From the NCBI GenBank assembly GCA_017983445.1, contig JAGOBJ010000001.1, forward strand, positions 125,632 through 189,631: a DNA stretch of 64,000 nucleotides. The letters are read 5' to 3'. The stretch's first letter is position 1, and the number at the start of each line of letters is the position of its first letter. The stretch is from Halomonas sp. (lineage in GTDB: Bacteria > Pseudomonadota > Gammaproteobacteria > Pseudomonadales > Halomonadaceae). The translations under genes were made by a program, and so were the position numbers. The notes below the pieces were generated by a model. That model was given only the letters and a program-made list of their open reading frames with translations, did no database searches and was not told the origin of the DNA. Shown in pieces: positions 1-9,820 of this stretch.

Positions 1-954
1 GTGGTCTTCTTTGGGGCGCCGATGGTAATGGCGGGCGACCTCACTACCGGTTCCTTGGTAGCAGCGTCAATTCTGGCCTCACGCATGATAGCCCCGATGA
101 CGCAAATTACTCAGGTGCTGAGTAAGTGGCAGCAGGCAAAAGTGGCGACCGAGAGTCTTAATCAGATTATGGAGCGCCCTGTCGATAACCCGGAAGATAC
201 CAAGCGTGTTCATCGGGCTTCCATTCGGGGAAGTTATCAATTCACTCAAGCGGCATTCAAGTATGCCAGTGAAGATCGCACGCCTTCGCTGCAAGTAAAG
301 AAGCTAAGTATTGCTGCTGGTGAACGTATTGCCATTCTGGGGCGAAACGGCGCGGGTAAATCCACACTACTGCAGGCCTGCTCCGGGCTTTTAGAGCCGC
401 AAGCAGGTGAAGTGCTTTTGGATGGCCTTAGCCTTGCGCATATTGATCCTGCCGATGTGCGCCGCGATGTGGGATTGCTGAGCCAGAATTCCCGGTTATT
501 TCATGGAACCATTCGCGACAACCTGGCGCTTGGTGCACCGAACGCAACGGATCAGGAGCTGCTGGATGCGCTTGATTTAAGCGGTGCCAATGAGTTTATC
601 CGCAAACTGCCTGATGGCCTTGAACACGTCATTCTAGAAGGTGGGACCGGCCTTTCTGGCGGGCAGCGTCAATCCCTATTGCTGTCACGTCTTATCGTAC
701 GACAGCCGACCGTGGTGCTACTGGATGAGCCAACGGCCTCCCTGGATGAGACAACTGAGAAGCGCTTTCTTCAACAGCTGAATACCTGGCTTCCAGGCAA
801 GACTTTTATCGTCGCGACCCACCGCATGAGTGTGCTTAATTTGGTTGAGCGAATTGTTGTGGTCGATAACGGCCAGGTTGTAATGGATGGGACAAAAAGC
901 GACATCCTAGCCAAGCTATCGAAAAAGCCAGCCCAACCAACGCGAACCCATTAA
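1..954 (+). CDS. Type I secretion system ABC ATPase/permease (LapB/HlyB family), 5'-truncated by window edge
   Basis: Walker A GRNGAGKS, signature LSGGQRQ, Walker B VVLLDE, H-loop ATHR; preceding TM-domain tail; immediately upstream of an HlyD-family gene. Confidence 0.9.
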   Translation: MVFFGAPMVMAGDLTTGSLVAASILASRMIAPMTQITQVLSKWQQAKVATESLNQIMERPVDNPEDTKRVHRASIRGSYQFTQAAFKYASEDRTPSLQVKKLSIAAGERIAILGRNGAGKSTLLQACSGLLEPQAGEVLLDGLSLAHIDPADVRRDVGLLSQNSRLFHGTIRDNLALGAPNATDQELLDALDLSGANEFIRKLPDGLEHVILEGGTGLSGGQRQSLLLSRLIVRQPTVVLLDEPTASLDETTEKRFLQQLNTWLPGKTFIVATHRMSVLNLVERIVVVDNGQVVMDGTKSDILAKLSKKPAQPTRTH

Positions 955-1024
955 CCGCAGCGCCATAGCCGAGGGGTAGGCATGATTAAGACAATAAAAA
1001 TGACCGGCGTGGGGAGCTGTCGTT

Positions 1025-2263
1025 ATGGCCAATAAGACGCTAAGTGGTTCGAAAGGTGCTTCTAACGATTTACCTTTGCTGGATTATCAAGAAGACAGCC
1101 GTCGCTATAATACTGAAATTGATGATGCGGCTATTGTTCGCTCGACGCGGGTGATCTGGTTTTTCTTCCTGGTGATAGCGGCATTTATTGGCTGGTCATA
1201 TTTTGCTAGCGTAGTGGAAGTGTCGACCGGTAGCGGGCGGGTTATTCCAACCTCCCGAGAGCAGGTCGTTCAGTCCCTGGAAGGCGGGATCTTGACCGAA
1301 TTGCGTGTAAGAGAAGGCGATATCGTCGAGCCAGGACAGATATTGGCACAGCTTGATCCGACGCAAACCGAGTCCAATGTCAACGAAAGCGCGGCGCGCT
1401 ACCGGGCGGCATTAGCAAGTGTTGCAAGGCTTGAGGCCGAGGTTAACGACACGCCGCTACGTTTCCCTGACGCACTTGATGATTACTCCGCGTTAACCGC
1501 GATGGAAACATTACTCTATCAGACGCGGCGCAGCGGCCTCGAGACATCGCTTGGTGGTGTGAACGACTCATTACGCTTGGTACAGCAGGAGCTAAACCTT
1601 ACTCAATCGCTGCTCGAAGTAGGCGCTGCCAGCAATGTAGAGGTATTGCGGTTACGTCGCCAGGCAACCGAATTGCAGCTCCAGGCAACAGAAATTCGCT
1701 CCGAATATATGATTTTAGCTCGTGAGGAGCTATCCAAGGCCCAGGCTGAAGTGGAGGCGCTTTCATCGGTGATCAGGGGGCGTTCAGACACACTGACGCG
1801 CCTAACGCTACGCTCGCCGGTCAGAGGCATCGTAAAAGATATTGAGGTCACCACTACCGGCGGGGTTATCCCCCCCAATGGGCGAATCATGGAAATTGTG
1901 CCGCTGGATGATCAGTTACGTATTGAAGCGCGGATTTCCCCGAGAGATATTGCGTTCATTCATCCTGGCCAGCCAGCCAGCGTTAAAATAACTGCTTATG
2001 ATTACACGACCTATGGCGGGCTTGATGGGGAAGTGGTATTGATTTCACCCGACACCATTCAGGACGAGGTTCAGCCGGAAGTCTATTACTACCGTGTATT
2101 TATCCTTACTGAAAGCGACGCATTGGTGAATGATGTGGGAACCCGATTTCCTATCGTTCCAGGCATGATTGCCACCGTTGATATTCGTACCGGTAATAAA
2201 ACCATTTTTGATTATCTGATCAAGCCGATCAATCATGCCCGTGAAGCACTACGAGAAAGATAA
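1025..2263 (+). CDS. HlyD/LapC-family type I secretion periplasmic adaptor
   Basis: Single N-terminal TM helix; G.VIP..REQVVQSLEGG and LRSPVRGIVK lipoyl-like halves around a coiled coil; C-terminal PGM.ATVDIRTG.KTIFDYLIKP. Confidence 0.92.
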   Translation: MANKTLSGSKGASNDLPLLDYQEDSRRYNTEIDDAAIVRSTRVIWFFFLVIAAFIGWSYFASVVEVSTGSGRVIPTSREQVVQSLEGGILTELRVREGDIVEPGQILAQLDPTQTESNVNESAARYRAALASVARLEAEVNDTPLRFPDALDDYSALTAMETLLYQTRRSGLETSLGGVNDSLRLVQQELNLTQSLLEVGAASNVEVLRLRRQATELQLQATEIRSEYMILAREELSKAQAEVEALSSVIRGRSDTLTRLTLRSPVRGIVKDIEVTTTGGVIPPNGRIMEIVPLDDQLRIEARISPRDIAFIHPGQPASVKITAYDYTTYGGLDGEVVLISPDTIQDEVQPEVYYYRVFILTESDALVNDVGTRFPIVPGMIATVDIRTGNKTIFDYLIKPINHAREALRER

Positions 2264-2271
2264 AAAACCCC

Positions 2272-2300
2272 TTGCTATAAATAAGGCATATCTATAGTAT
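2272..2300 (+). promoter_or_regulatory. sigma70 promoter of tRNA-Lys pair
   Basis: TTGCTA-17 bp-TAGTAT, 16 bp before the first tRNA. Confidence 0.65.
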
Positions 2301-2316
2301 ATGCATCCGTTCGAGG

Positions 2317-2392
2317 GGGTCGTTAGCTCAGTTGGTAGAGCAGTTGACTTTTAATCAATTGGTCGTAGGTTCGAATCCTACACGACCCACCA
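2317..2392 (+). tRNA. tRNA-Lys (anticodon TTT)
   Basis: 76 nt GGGTCGTTAGCTCAG...GACTTTTAATC...GGTTCGAATCC...CCCACCA, encoded CCA. Confidence 0.98.
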
Positions 2393-2455
2393 TTCGAATG
2401 AAGTGATCGCGGTTCTAAGCAGTGATGTTGTGAAAATTTAGGTAAGCAAAAATTT

Positions 2456-2531
2456 GGGTCGTTAGCTCAGTTGGTAGAGCAGTTGACTTTTAATCAATTG
2501 GTCGTAGGTTCGAATCCTACACGACCCACCA
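2456..2531 (+). tRNA. tRNA-Lys (anticodon TTT), identical second copy
   Basis: Same 76-nt sequence as 2317-2392. Confidence 0.98.
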
Positions 2532-2538
2532 AATTCTA

Positions 2539-2570
2539 CGCCCCTGGTAGCTTGCTGCCAGGGGCGTTTT
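2539..2570 (+). terminator. Intrinsic terminator after tRNA-Lys pair
   Basis: CGCCCCTGGTAG-CTTG-CTGCCAGGGGCG followed by TTTT. Confidence 0.85.
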
Positions 2571-2871
2571 GCTATGCGTCTATTTTAGCCGCTACGCCAT
2601 TTCTCAGGTGCGGCTTAATACAGCGAAAGCGTGCCTTGATCCCTAGTGGTGATCGAAAGTCGTTAAACGATACGCTATATTTAGAGGCCGCCCTTATTGG
2701 CGGTAAAAATCAGTTAGACACAGAAATAGATAGACACAGTAGTTGGTAGCGCAGCAGGCCACCGCGAAAGACGCAGCGGCCTTTTGCAATCGCGAGCGGA
2801 ATGTGTGGATTACACATGCCGCGCCTGGTGTTTAACAGGGGGATTCCCTGTTTGTCACAGTGGTAGACACG

Positions 2872-3900
2872 ATGACTATTATGACTTCTCAAGCTGAGCT
2901 CGATGCTCCGCTCCCAAGCCCGTATTGCCCTACTCGTATCCCCGCAGAAGACCAAGCGCGTGTTGCTGAAATAAAGCAGTTGCTGCAAGCACATAATGCG
3001 GTACTTGTCGCGCATTACTACACCGATGATGCTATTCAGCAGCTAGCCGAAGAAACGGGCGGCTGTGTGGCAGACTCCCTGGAAATGGCGCGCTTCGGCG
3101 CCCGGCATGACGCCACTACACTGGTCGTTGCTGGCGTGCGCTTTATGGGCGAGACAGCCAAAATTCTTTCGCCTGAAAAACACGTACTCATGCCCACGCT
3201 TGACGCAACCTGTTCACTGGATATTGGTTGCCCGGTAGATGAGTTCAGCGCTTTTTGCGATGCCAACCCCGACCGAACTGTGGTGGTGTATGCCAACACG
3301 TCGGCGGCGGTAAAAGCGCGCGCTGACTGGGTGGTGACTTCATCCATTGCCGTTGAGGTCATTGAGCATCTGCAGGCCAAGGGTGAAAAAATCCTTTGGG
3401 CGCCTGACAAGCACTTGGGCGGCTATATTCAGAAAAAAACCGGTGCTGATATGCTGATGTGGGATGGCGCCTGCATCGTGCATGAAGAGTTCAAGGCAAA
3501 GGGTATCGAGGACTTAAAGCGTCTTTATCCAGATGCAGCCGTGTTGGTTCACCCCGAATCACCTGACTCGGTCGTCAACATGGCCGACGTTACCGGGTCG
3601 ACGTCTCAATTGATTAAAGCTGCGCAAACGTTACCCAACAATAAGCTTATTGTAGCCACTGATCGGGGCATCTTTTTCAAGATGCAGCAGGCTGTTCCCG
3701 ACAAGGTCTTGTTCGAGGCGCCCACGGCAGGTAACGGCGCGACTTGCCGCAGCTGCGCCCACTGCCCATGGATGGCGATGAATGAACTGGATAACCTGGC
3801 AAAGGCGCTGCGCCACGGCAGTGGAGAAATTCATGTTGATGCGTCACTGCGCCAACGCGCACTTAAGCCCTTAGAGCGGATGCTCAATTTCAACGCCTGA
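2872..3900 (+). CDS. nadA: Quinolinate synthase A
   Basis: [16 protein letters not shown], three Fe-S Cys ([21 protein letters not shown]); start could be 2860, 2872 or 2881. Confidence 0.96.
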   Translation: MTIMTSQAELDAPLPSPYCPTRIPAEDQARVAEIKQLLQAHNAVLVAHYYTDDAIQQLAEETGGCVADSLEMARFGARHDATTLVVAGVRFMGETAKILSPEKHVLMPTLDATCSLDIGCPVDEFSAFCDANPDRTVVVYANTSAAVKARADWVVTSSIAVEVIEHLQAKGEKILWAPDKHLGGYIQKKTGADMLMWDGACIVHEEFKAKGIEDLKRLYPDAAVLVHPESPDSVVNMADVTGSTSQLIKAAQTLPNNKLIVATDRGIFFKMQQAVPDKVLFEAPTAGNGATCRSCAHCPWMAMNELDNLAKALRHGSGEIHVDASLRQRALKPLERMLNFNA

Positions 3901-3930
3901 TCAGGCTGACCTAGCATTGCGCTATTAAAA

Positions 3931-3964
3931 AAAGCGTCCGGCTGCCTATGCAGGCGGACGCTTT
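3931..3964. terminator. Bidirectional terminator between nadA and bepA
   Basis: AAAGCGTCCG...CGGACGCTTT stem with A-tract on the left and T residues on the right. Confidence 0.75.
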
Positions 3965-3996
3965 GGTTAGCATGAGGCATTAACGTAGGCGCTATC

Positions 3997-5457
3997 TTAG
4001 AAATCTTCCAACGCCTCGCGATACTCAATGAAAGCTTCGCGGCGCTGCTCAATGCGAGCAAGTGCCTGTTGGTTGTTTTCACGTTCCGCAGCATCTCTGG
4101 CAATCGACAGCTGGCGTATGCCTTGATCAACTCGCCCGGTCAGCTGTAACTGCTCGGCGCGCGCTAAATGCCCCCAGCTACCATGCCCACTCCGTCCTGC
4201 CGCCTCGGCAAGCAGATTAAACCCTTGCGGGTTGTCAGGATGCCGCGCGGTGATATTGTTGAGTAGCTGGTAAGCCGCTTCGGGATCGCGCTGTAACTGG
4301 GCTTCGGCCAGGGTTAATTGAGCGGGGAGGTAGGCGGGCATTATTCTCAATAAGCGCTGGCTGCGCGTAATTGCCTCATCGTAGCGCTGGGCCTCAAGTG
4401 CGATGCTCGCGGCAGACGCGGGCAGCATGGCGTAGTCGGGCAGCTCGTTAGCCAGCTGGTCAAGTGTTTGTAGGGCGTTATCGGTTTGCCCGTTACGTGC
4501 CTTGATCAATGCTTCCAAATAGCGCCTTGCAGGCTCTTCGGCACCTTCCTGGGCAAGATGCGAGGTTGCCTGGTGTGGTGAGTTAATGTAAATACTCAGC
4601 AGGGCGCGCGCGCGCATCATGTCGTAAAGCGTATCGCTGGTATAAGCACTGGCGACGCTCAACTGCGAGGCACGTGCCTGAGCATCGCTTAAACGGCTGT
4701 CGGACACGGGGTGGGTGAGCAGAAATTCTGGCGGCGTGCCGCCCTGTAAGCGTGCCATTCTTTGCATCGCAGAAAACATGCGCACCATTGCTTCGGGGTC
4801 ATAACCGGCATCTGCCATCGCCTGTAAACCGATATGGTCGGCTTCTTGCTCATAGCGCCGGGAGTAGGCGAGCTGGTCTTGAATCAGCGCTGCCTGAGAG
4901 CCCATGGCGGCCGCCATGCCAGCTTCGCCACCGCCACTTGCCGCCACCAGCATGCCGGCCAGCATAGCGGCCATGGCAGGTAGCTGCGTTTGCTCAGCCC
5001 TGGCGCTTCCTCGCGCATAATGGCGTTGTGATAAATGGCCTAATTCGTGGGCGATCACCGAAACGAAAGCACCTTCATCTTCCGCGAAGGCAAAAAGCCC
5101 CGAATTGATGCCGATCACGCCGCCGGGTACCGCAAATGCATTGAGCGACCGGTTATCGACCATCACCGTTGTGGTCTGTAAGCTGCCTAATTGACTATAG
5201 GGCACGAGGCGTGCCACCAGGCTATCTAAGTAATCATTGACGATCGGGTCTTGCCATTGCGGTGCCTGGGCGCGGAACTGACGCAGCCATGCCCGCCCCA
5301 GGCGAAACTCTTCACTGCTGGCCGATGACGCGACACCGCTAAGTGTTGGTAGGTGATAGTCATTAATGGCATAGCTTGGCGGGCTCGATACGCTAATGCT
5401 GCAAACAACAGCAAGTATGCCAAGCCAGCGTGGGTAAGTGTTTCGTAGGTGCGACAT
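3997..5457 (-). CDS. bepA: M48 family periplasmic metalloprotease/chaperone (BepA/YfgC-like) with TPR C-terminus
   Basis: Signal peptide; NAFAVPGG; HELGH zinc motif; YSRRYEQEAD; LLTHP; RBS GAGGA before ATG at 5457. Confidence 0.88.
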   Translation of the reverse strand: MSHLRNTYPRWLGILAVVCSISVSSPPSYAINDYHLPTLSGVASSASSEEFRLGRAWLRQFRAQAPQWQDPIVNDYLDSLVARLVPYSQLGSLQTTTVMVDNRSLNAFAVPGGVIGINSGLFAFAEDEGAFVSVIAHELGHLSQRHYARGSARAEQTQLPAMAAMLAGMLVAASGGGEAGMAAAMGSQAALIQDQLAYSRRYEQEADHIGLQAMADAGYDPEAMVRMFSAMQRMARLQGGTPPEFLLTHPVSDSRLSDAQARASQLSVASAYTSDTLYDMMRARALLSIYINSPHQATSHLAQEGAEEPARRYLEALIKARNGQTDNALQTLDQLANELPDYAMLPASAASIALEAQRYDEAITRSQRLLRIMPAYLPAQLTLAEAQLQRDPEAAYQLLNNITARHPDNPQGFNLLAEAAGRSGHGSWGHLARAEQLQLTGRVDQGIRQLSIARDAAERENNQQALARIEQRREAFIEYREALEDF

Positions 5458-5611
5458 GGCATCCTCGTTCATTATAATAAAGCGCAGCGATTAATCCTTT
5501 GACATTGAATGGTGCAGTGAAGTGCCGTTAAATCAAATGTCCAATGATCATCGCAAAGTAAACAGTTTATGCAACAATGCCGTGATCATGCAGGCATTTT
5601 GAGGAGTTGGT

Positions 5612-5872
5612 ATGTCTGAACCATTAACGCGTTTTCAACCAGACTTGGTGCTTGATGCGTGTGGGCTGCATTGCCCGTTACCGTTGCTCAAAACAAAGCA
5701 GGCGCTAGCCGGGATGCTTGCTGGGCAAGTGTTGGAAGTTCGCGCCTCTGATGCAGGTTCTTGGCGCGATATGACCTCCTTTACTGATCAGAGTGGCCAT
5801 ACCATGGAAGCACAAGAGCAGCACCAGGAAACGTACTTTTTCTGGATACGCAAAGCGGGAGATGCCTGCTAA
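5612..5872 (+). CDS. TusA/SirA-family sulfur carrier protein
   Basis: LDACGLHCPLPLLK motif, 86 aa; position between bepA and perM as in Pseudomonas. Confidence 0.88.
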   Translation: MSEPLTRFQPDLVLDACGLHCPLPLLKTKQALAGMLAGQVLEVRASDAGSWRDMTSFTDQSGHTMEAQEQHQETYFFWIRKAGDAC

Positions 5873-6969
5873 TGACCATGCGTACCATTTTTAAAAGCTG
5901 GATTGAGCGCTATTTTTCTGATGAAGAAGCACTCGTTTTATTACTGATATTGATCGCTGGTTTTGCCGCCATTATTTGGTTTGGGCGTATGCTGGCGCCC
6001 TTCTTTACCGCACTGATCGTGGCTTTTCTGTTGCAGGGCGTGGTGAGTGCGTTAACCCGGCGGGGCGTGCCACATTTATTGGCTGTTATTACTATCTTTC
6101 TTGCTTTTGTGAGTGTCTTATTGACGCTTGCGTTTATCTTGATGCCCCTCATCTGGAACCAGCTGGTGGGGCTTGTTCAGGAAACGCCGCGGATGTTCGC
6201 AAGCGGCCAGGTATGGCTTGATGAAATGCAGGCGCGTTATCCCAACTTGATCACCCCGGATCAAATGCAGAGCTGGATAGGGGTGGCGAGTCGCGAGATC
6301 AGTCAATTGGGTCAGCGCGCTTTGACGCTTTCGCTGTCCTCATTGGGCAACGTCATGTCGTTGATCATTTATCTGGTGCTGGTGCCTATTCTGGTCTTCT
6401 TTATGCTTAAAGACCGCGAGGTGCTGGTGGGGTTTACGCTTTCTTTGTTACCGCAAAAACGTGCTTTATTAACCCGTATCTGGAGAGAGATGGATCATCA
6501 GATCGCAAACTATATTCGCGGTAAATTCATTGAGATCATGATCGTAGGTACGGTAACGTTTTTTACCTTTGCCTTTTTTGGTCTGCCTTATACGGCGCTG
6601 CTGGCCGTTTTAGTCGGATTTTCGGTACTGGTGCCTTTTATCGGGGCGGCGGTGGCAACGCTACCAGTCGCGGCGGTCGCCGGTTTTTATTTTGGGTTGA
6701 GTGATCAGTTTGTATACGTGCTGATTGCGTATGGCGTCATTCAAGCCTTGGATGGCAACGTTCTATCGCCGGTGCTTTTCTCTGAGACCAATAACATTCA
6801 TCCCGTCTCAATTATTGTCGCCGTGCTTTTCTTTGGTGGTATCTGGGGTTTTTGGGGAGTGTTTTTCGCCATTCCACTGGCGACGCTTTTAAAAGCACTG
6901 ATTTATGCCTGGCCGCGCGGTATTCATCAGCAGGAACATGCGGACCGCATTATTCATGTGGACCCTTAA
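5872..6969 (+). CDS. AI-2E family transporter (PerM-like)
   Basis: Multiple TM helices; YIRGKFIE, IQALDGNVL.P.LFSE, HPVSII.AVLFFGGIWGFWGVFFAIP. Confidence 0.9.
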   Translation: MTMRTIFKSWIERYFSDEEALVLLLILIAGFAAIIWFGRMLAPFFTALIVAFLLQGVVSALTRRGVPHLLAVITIFLAFVSVLLTLAFILMPLIWNQLVGLVQETPRMFASGQVWLDEMQARYPNLITPDQMQSWIGVASREISQLGQRALTLSLSSLGNVMSLIIYLVLVPILVFFMLKDREVLVGFTLSLLPQKRALLTRIWREMDHQIANYIRGKFIEIMIVGTVTFFTFAFFGLPYTALLAVLVGFSVLVPFIGAAVATLPVAAVAGFYFGLSDQFVYVLIAYGVIQALDGNVLSPVLFSETNNIHPVSIIVAVLFFGGIWGFWGVFFAIPLATLLKALIYAWPRGIHQQEHADRIIHVDP

Positions 6970-7065
6970 GCACCCGCGCGACTGTTTTTTCGGCTAAAAG
7001 CTTTCATCGGCCAAAAGATACAGTGCCGTTTTTCAGCCGCATAAATTGCTTTAAGAATTCGCTTG

Positions 7066-7099
7066 CGCCCACCCGGGTATAAAACCGGGCGGGCGTTTT
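7066..7099. terminator. Terminator between convergent perM-like gene and bcp
   Basis: CGCCCACCCGG-N8-CCGGGCGGGCG-TTTT. Confidence 0.7.
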
Positions 7100-7101
7100 T
7101 A

Positions 7102-7578
7102 TTAGCGGCTGGCGTTCAGTGACTGCGCGGCTGCCAATACTTCTGCGACATGCCCCGGCACTTTAACGCCACGCCATTGGTTGGCAATATTGCCGTCTGC
7201 ATCAATCAGAAAGGTACTGCGCTCGATGCCTAGGTGTTCTTTGCCATACATTTTTTTCAGTTTGATCACGTCAAACAGGGTGCAGAGCGTTTCGTCTTTA
7301 TCGGAAATCAGTGCAAAGTTAAAATCCTGCTTTGCCTTGAAGTTTTCCTGTGCGCGCAGGCCATCGCGCGAGACGCCTAAAATAACGGTATTGGCGGCAT
7401 CAAACGCATTTTTATTATCCCGGAAGTCGCCGCCCTCGGTCGTGCAGCCAGGTGTACTGGCTTTTGGGTAGAAATAAATAACGACCTGCTTACCGCGCAG
7501 TTCCGATAGTGTCACCGTTGTATCGCCGGTGGCGCTGGCAGAAAAATCAGGAACAGATTGGCCTAATTCAATGCTCAT
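7102..7578 (-). CDS. bcp: Peroxiredoxin Bcp/PrxQ
   Basis: YFYPKASTPGCTTE peroxidatic motif; GIERSTFLID. Confidence 0.93.
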   Translation of the reverse strand: MSIELGQSVPDFSASATGDTTVTLSELRGKQVVIYFYPKASTPGCTTEGGDFRDNKNAFDAANTVILGVSRDGLRAQENFKAKQDFNFALISDKDETLCTLFDVIKLKKMYGKEHLGIERSTFLIDADGNIANQWRGVKVPGHVAEVLAAAQSLNASR

Positions 7579-7828
7579 GCAGACTCCTCATCATTGGTCA
7601 CTTATCAAGCTGATTACACGCAACCTGAGCTGGCATGTCAAAGATGAGAGGGGCATCTCATGCAAACTCACTACGGTTTGCGCTGTACAGGGTCGAGTCG
7701 CCTGAGTACCATTTACCCCTGTAGGCCCAAAAGGGCGGCCGTCATGATGCTCAAGACAGCATTCGGCTCTTTGTCTTGTTGTTCATATTGGGCTTGATTT
7801 CATAACTTTGCAGGTGAGGAATAAACGG

Positions 7829-8713
7829 ATGATCACAGGCAGCATCGTCGCCCTGGCGACGCCGATGAAAGTCAATGGCGACATCGACTGGGAGGCGCTT
7901 CGTCGTCTGGTAAATTTCCACCTTGAGAATGGAACCGACGGCATCGTTGCTGCGGGTACCACGGGCGAACCTACGACAATGTCATTTGCTGAACACTTTG
8001 ATGTGATCCGCAGCGTCGTGGAAGAGGTGAATGGGCGTATTCCGGTGATTGCCGGTACAGGCGCCAATGCTACCTCTGAGGCGGTCGAACTTGCCCGCTA
8101 CGCCAGTGAAGTAGGGGCTGACTACTGCTTATCCGTATGCCCTTACTACAATAAGCCGACTCAGGAAGGCTTGTACCAGCACTTTAAAGCCGTCGCCGAA
8201 GGCAGCAAACTGCCTGTCATCATGTACAACGTACCGGGCCGTACCTGCTCTGACTTGTATAACGAGACAGTAGTGCGCCTGGCAGCCGTCGACAATATTA
8301 TTGGCTTGAAAGACGCCACCGGGAACCTTGAGCGTGCAGAAGATCTAATCTCTCGCTTGAAGGGCAGCGACTTTATGCTGTACTCCGGCGACGATGCGAC
8401 CGCGTGTGATTTTATGCTGATGGGCGGGCATGGCGATATTTCAGTGACGGCAAACGTGGCTCCCAAAGCGATGCATGATTTGTGTGCGGCGGCTGTTGCA
8501 GGCGATGCGGATAAAGCTCACCAAATCAATACCCGCTTGATGCCTCTGCATACCAATCTGGGCATTGAGTCGAACCCTATCCCGGTAAAATGGGCGCTCA
8601 ATCGCATGGGGTATATGGATGCGGGAATTCGTTTGCCGTTGACGTGGCTCTCTGAGAAGTACCACGCCACTGTGAGTGAGGCGATGCAACTGGCGGGCGT
8701 GATCGAGGAGTAA
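7829..8713 (+). CDS. dapA: 4-hydroxy-tetrahydrodipicolinate synthase
   Basis: [39 protein letters not shown]; RBS GAGGA before ATG 7829. Confidence 0.97.
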   Translation: MITGSIVALATPMKVNGDIDWEALRRLVNFHLENGTDGIVAAGTTGEPTTMSFAEHFDVIRSVVEEVNGRIPVIAGTGANATSEAVELARYASEVGADYCLSVCPYYNKPTQEGLYQHFKAVAEGSKLPVIMYNVPGRTCSDLYNETVVRLAAVDNIIGLKDATGNLERAEDLISRLKGSDFMLYSGDDATACDFMLMGGHGDISVTANVAPKAMHDLCAAAVAGDADKAHQINTRLMPLHTNLGIESNPIPVKWALNRMGYMDAGIRLPLTWLSEKYHATVSEAMQLAGVIEE

Positions 8714-8806
8714 TGCTCTTTTATCACATCCGGCGCGATACTATGGCTACTCGGCATATCCAATGGTGTGCCGGGTGGTCGCTCTGTTGACTGTTAAGGT
8801 GGCTTG

Positions 8807-9790
8807 ATGAGCTCTGTGCTTGAAAAACGTGCGCTTAAATGGATACCGCTTGCACTCGTAACGGCTGTCACTCTCGCCGGGTGTGCGCGTGAAGGTTATT
8901 ACCACGACCGCAACCTGGACTACACTAAAGCTGCTCCGGCACCTCCCTTAGTGTTGCCAGAGACTCGCAATGCTCAGCGCTATCAGGATGCGTTGCCGGT
9001 TCCTCAAGCGGCCATGCAGGGCGCACGCGTTGATGAGGCCGCAGAAATACGTCCGCCTCAGTCGCTGACCATTGGCAGTGGCTTGGAGCCTGAATATGTC
9101 GAACGGCGCCAGGCGGGTAACCAAAGCTGGCTGGTAGTGGCTGCTGACACCGGAGCCGTATGGCCGCAGTTGGAAGGCTTTGCCCGGAGTCGTCAGCTTG
9201 GCGTACAGCAAAGTGATGTTTCGCAAGGCGTGATTGTAACGTCACAGGCGGAGCTGCGTCTGCAAAGTGCTATGCGTTCTGGCAGTAGTGAAGTGCGCTG
9301 TGAGCGTGGTGGACAGACCATGACGAGCTGCCTGGATGCTCTAGAAGAGTTTTTGGGCGCGCGCAGTGCATCGCAGAGTGTGGCTTCCTCTTGGAACGCG
9401 CAGCGCTTAAACCACCAGCAAACGTTACAGATTCGTCAGGAAGGCGATGAATGGGAAGTCGTCATCCCTCAGCCGGTGGATCGCGTATGGGCTGAGCTTA
9501 ATCACTATCTGGCCCTAGACTTTACTCAGGAAGGCCAACGCAACCTGCTGGCTACCAATCCTGAAAACTATGAGTTCCTGGTCGAGTACATGACGGCTAC
9601 CGAGCGCGATCGTAACCCGCTGCAGATCGTTTTAAGCGCCGATGTACGCCGGATGTCTCAAGAGATACGCCTTGTTCTGCAGCCCGATGGTAACCAGACC
9701 ATGCTGCGTGCGGTCAATGCCAGTGAGCGCGGGTTCAATCCTGAAGACCAGCGTGAGCTGTTAGAACGTGTTGCTGGCTATTTACGTTAA
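8807..9790 (+). CDS. bamC: Outer membrane assembly lipoprotein BamC/NlpB-like
   Basis: Lipobox LAGC; conserved position dapA-bamC-purC; sequence itself divergent. Confidence 0.72.
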   Translation: MSSVLEKRALKWIPLALVTAVTLAGCAREGYYHDRNLDYTKAAPAPPLVLPETRNAQRYQDALPVPQAAMQGARVDEAAEIRPPQSLTIGSGLEPEYVERRQAGNQSWLVVAADTGAVWPQLEGFARSRQLGVQQSDVSQGVIVTSQAELRLQSAMRSGSSEVRCERGGQTMTSCLDALEEFLGARSASQSVASSWNAQRLNHQQTLQIRQEGDEWEVVIPQPVDRVWAELNHYLALDFTQEGQRNLLATNPENYEFLVEYMTATERDRNPLQIVLSADVRRMSQEIRLVLQPDGNQTMLRAVNASERGFNPEDQRELLERVAGYLR

Positions 9791-9820
9791 TCTGTTTATT
9801 TGATCCCTTTCGGAGCTGTC

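Noticed and set aside
2317-2531. Duplicated tRNAs (also 60458-61029) as prophage att sites
   Set aside because: All copies are full length with CCA, under one promoter and terminator, with no integrase or foreign DNA between them.
2471-2749. 92-aa ORF overlapping tRNA-Lys, and the 73-aa ORF at 60914-61135 over tRNA-Asp
   Set aside because: They overlap bona fide tRNA genes and terminators; translations are not protein-like.
7579-7828. gcvR remnant between bcp and dapA (present there in Pseudomonas)
   Set aside because: Only 250 bp of divergent promoter DNA; no ACT-domain fragment recognisable.
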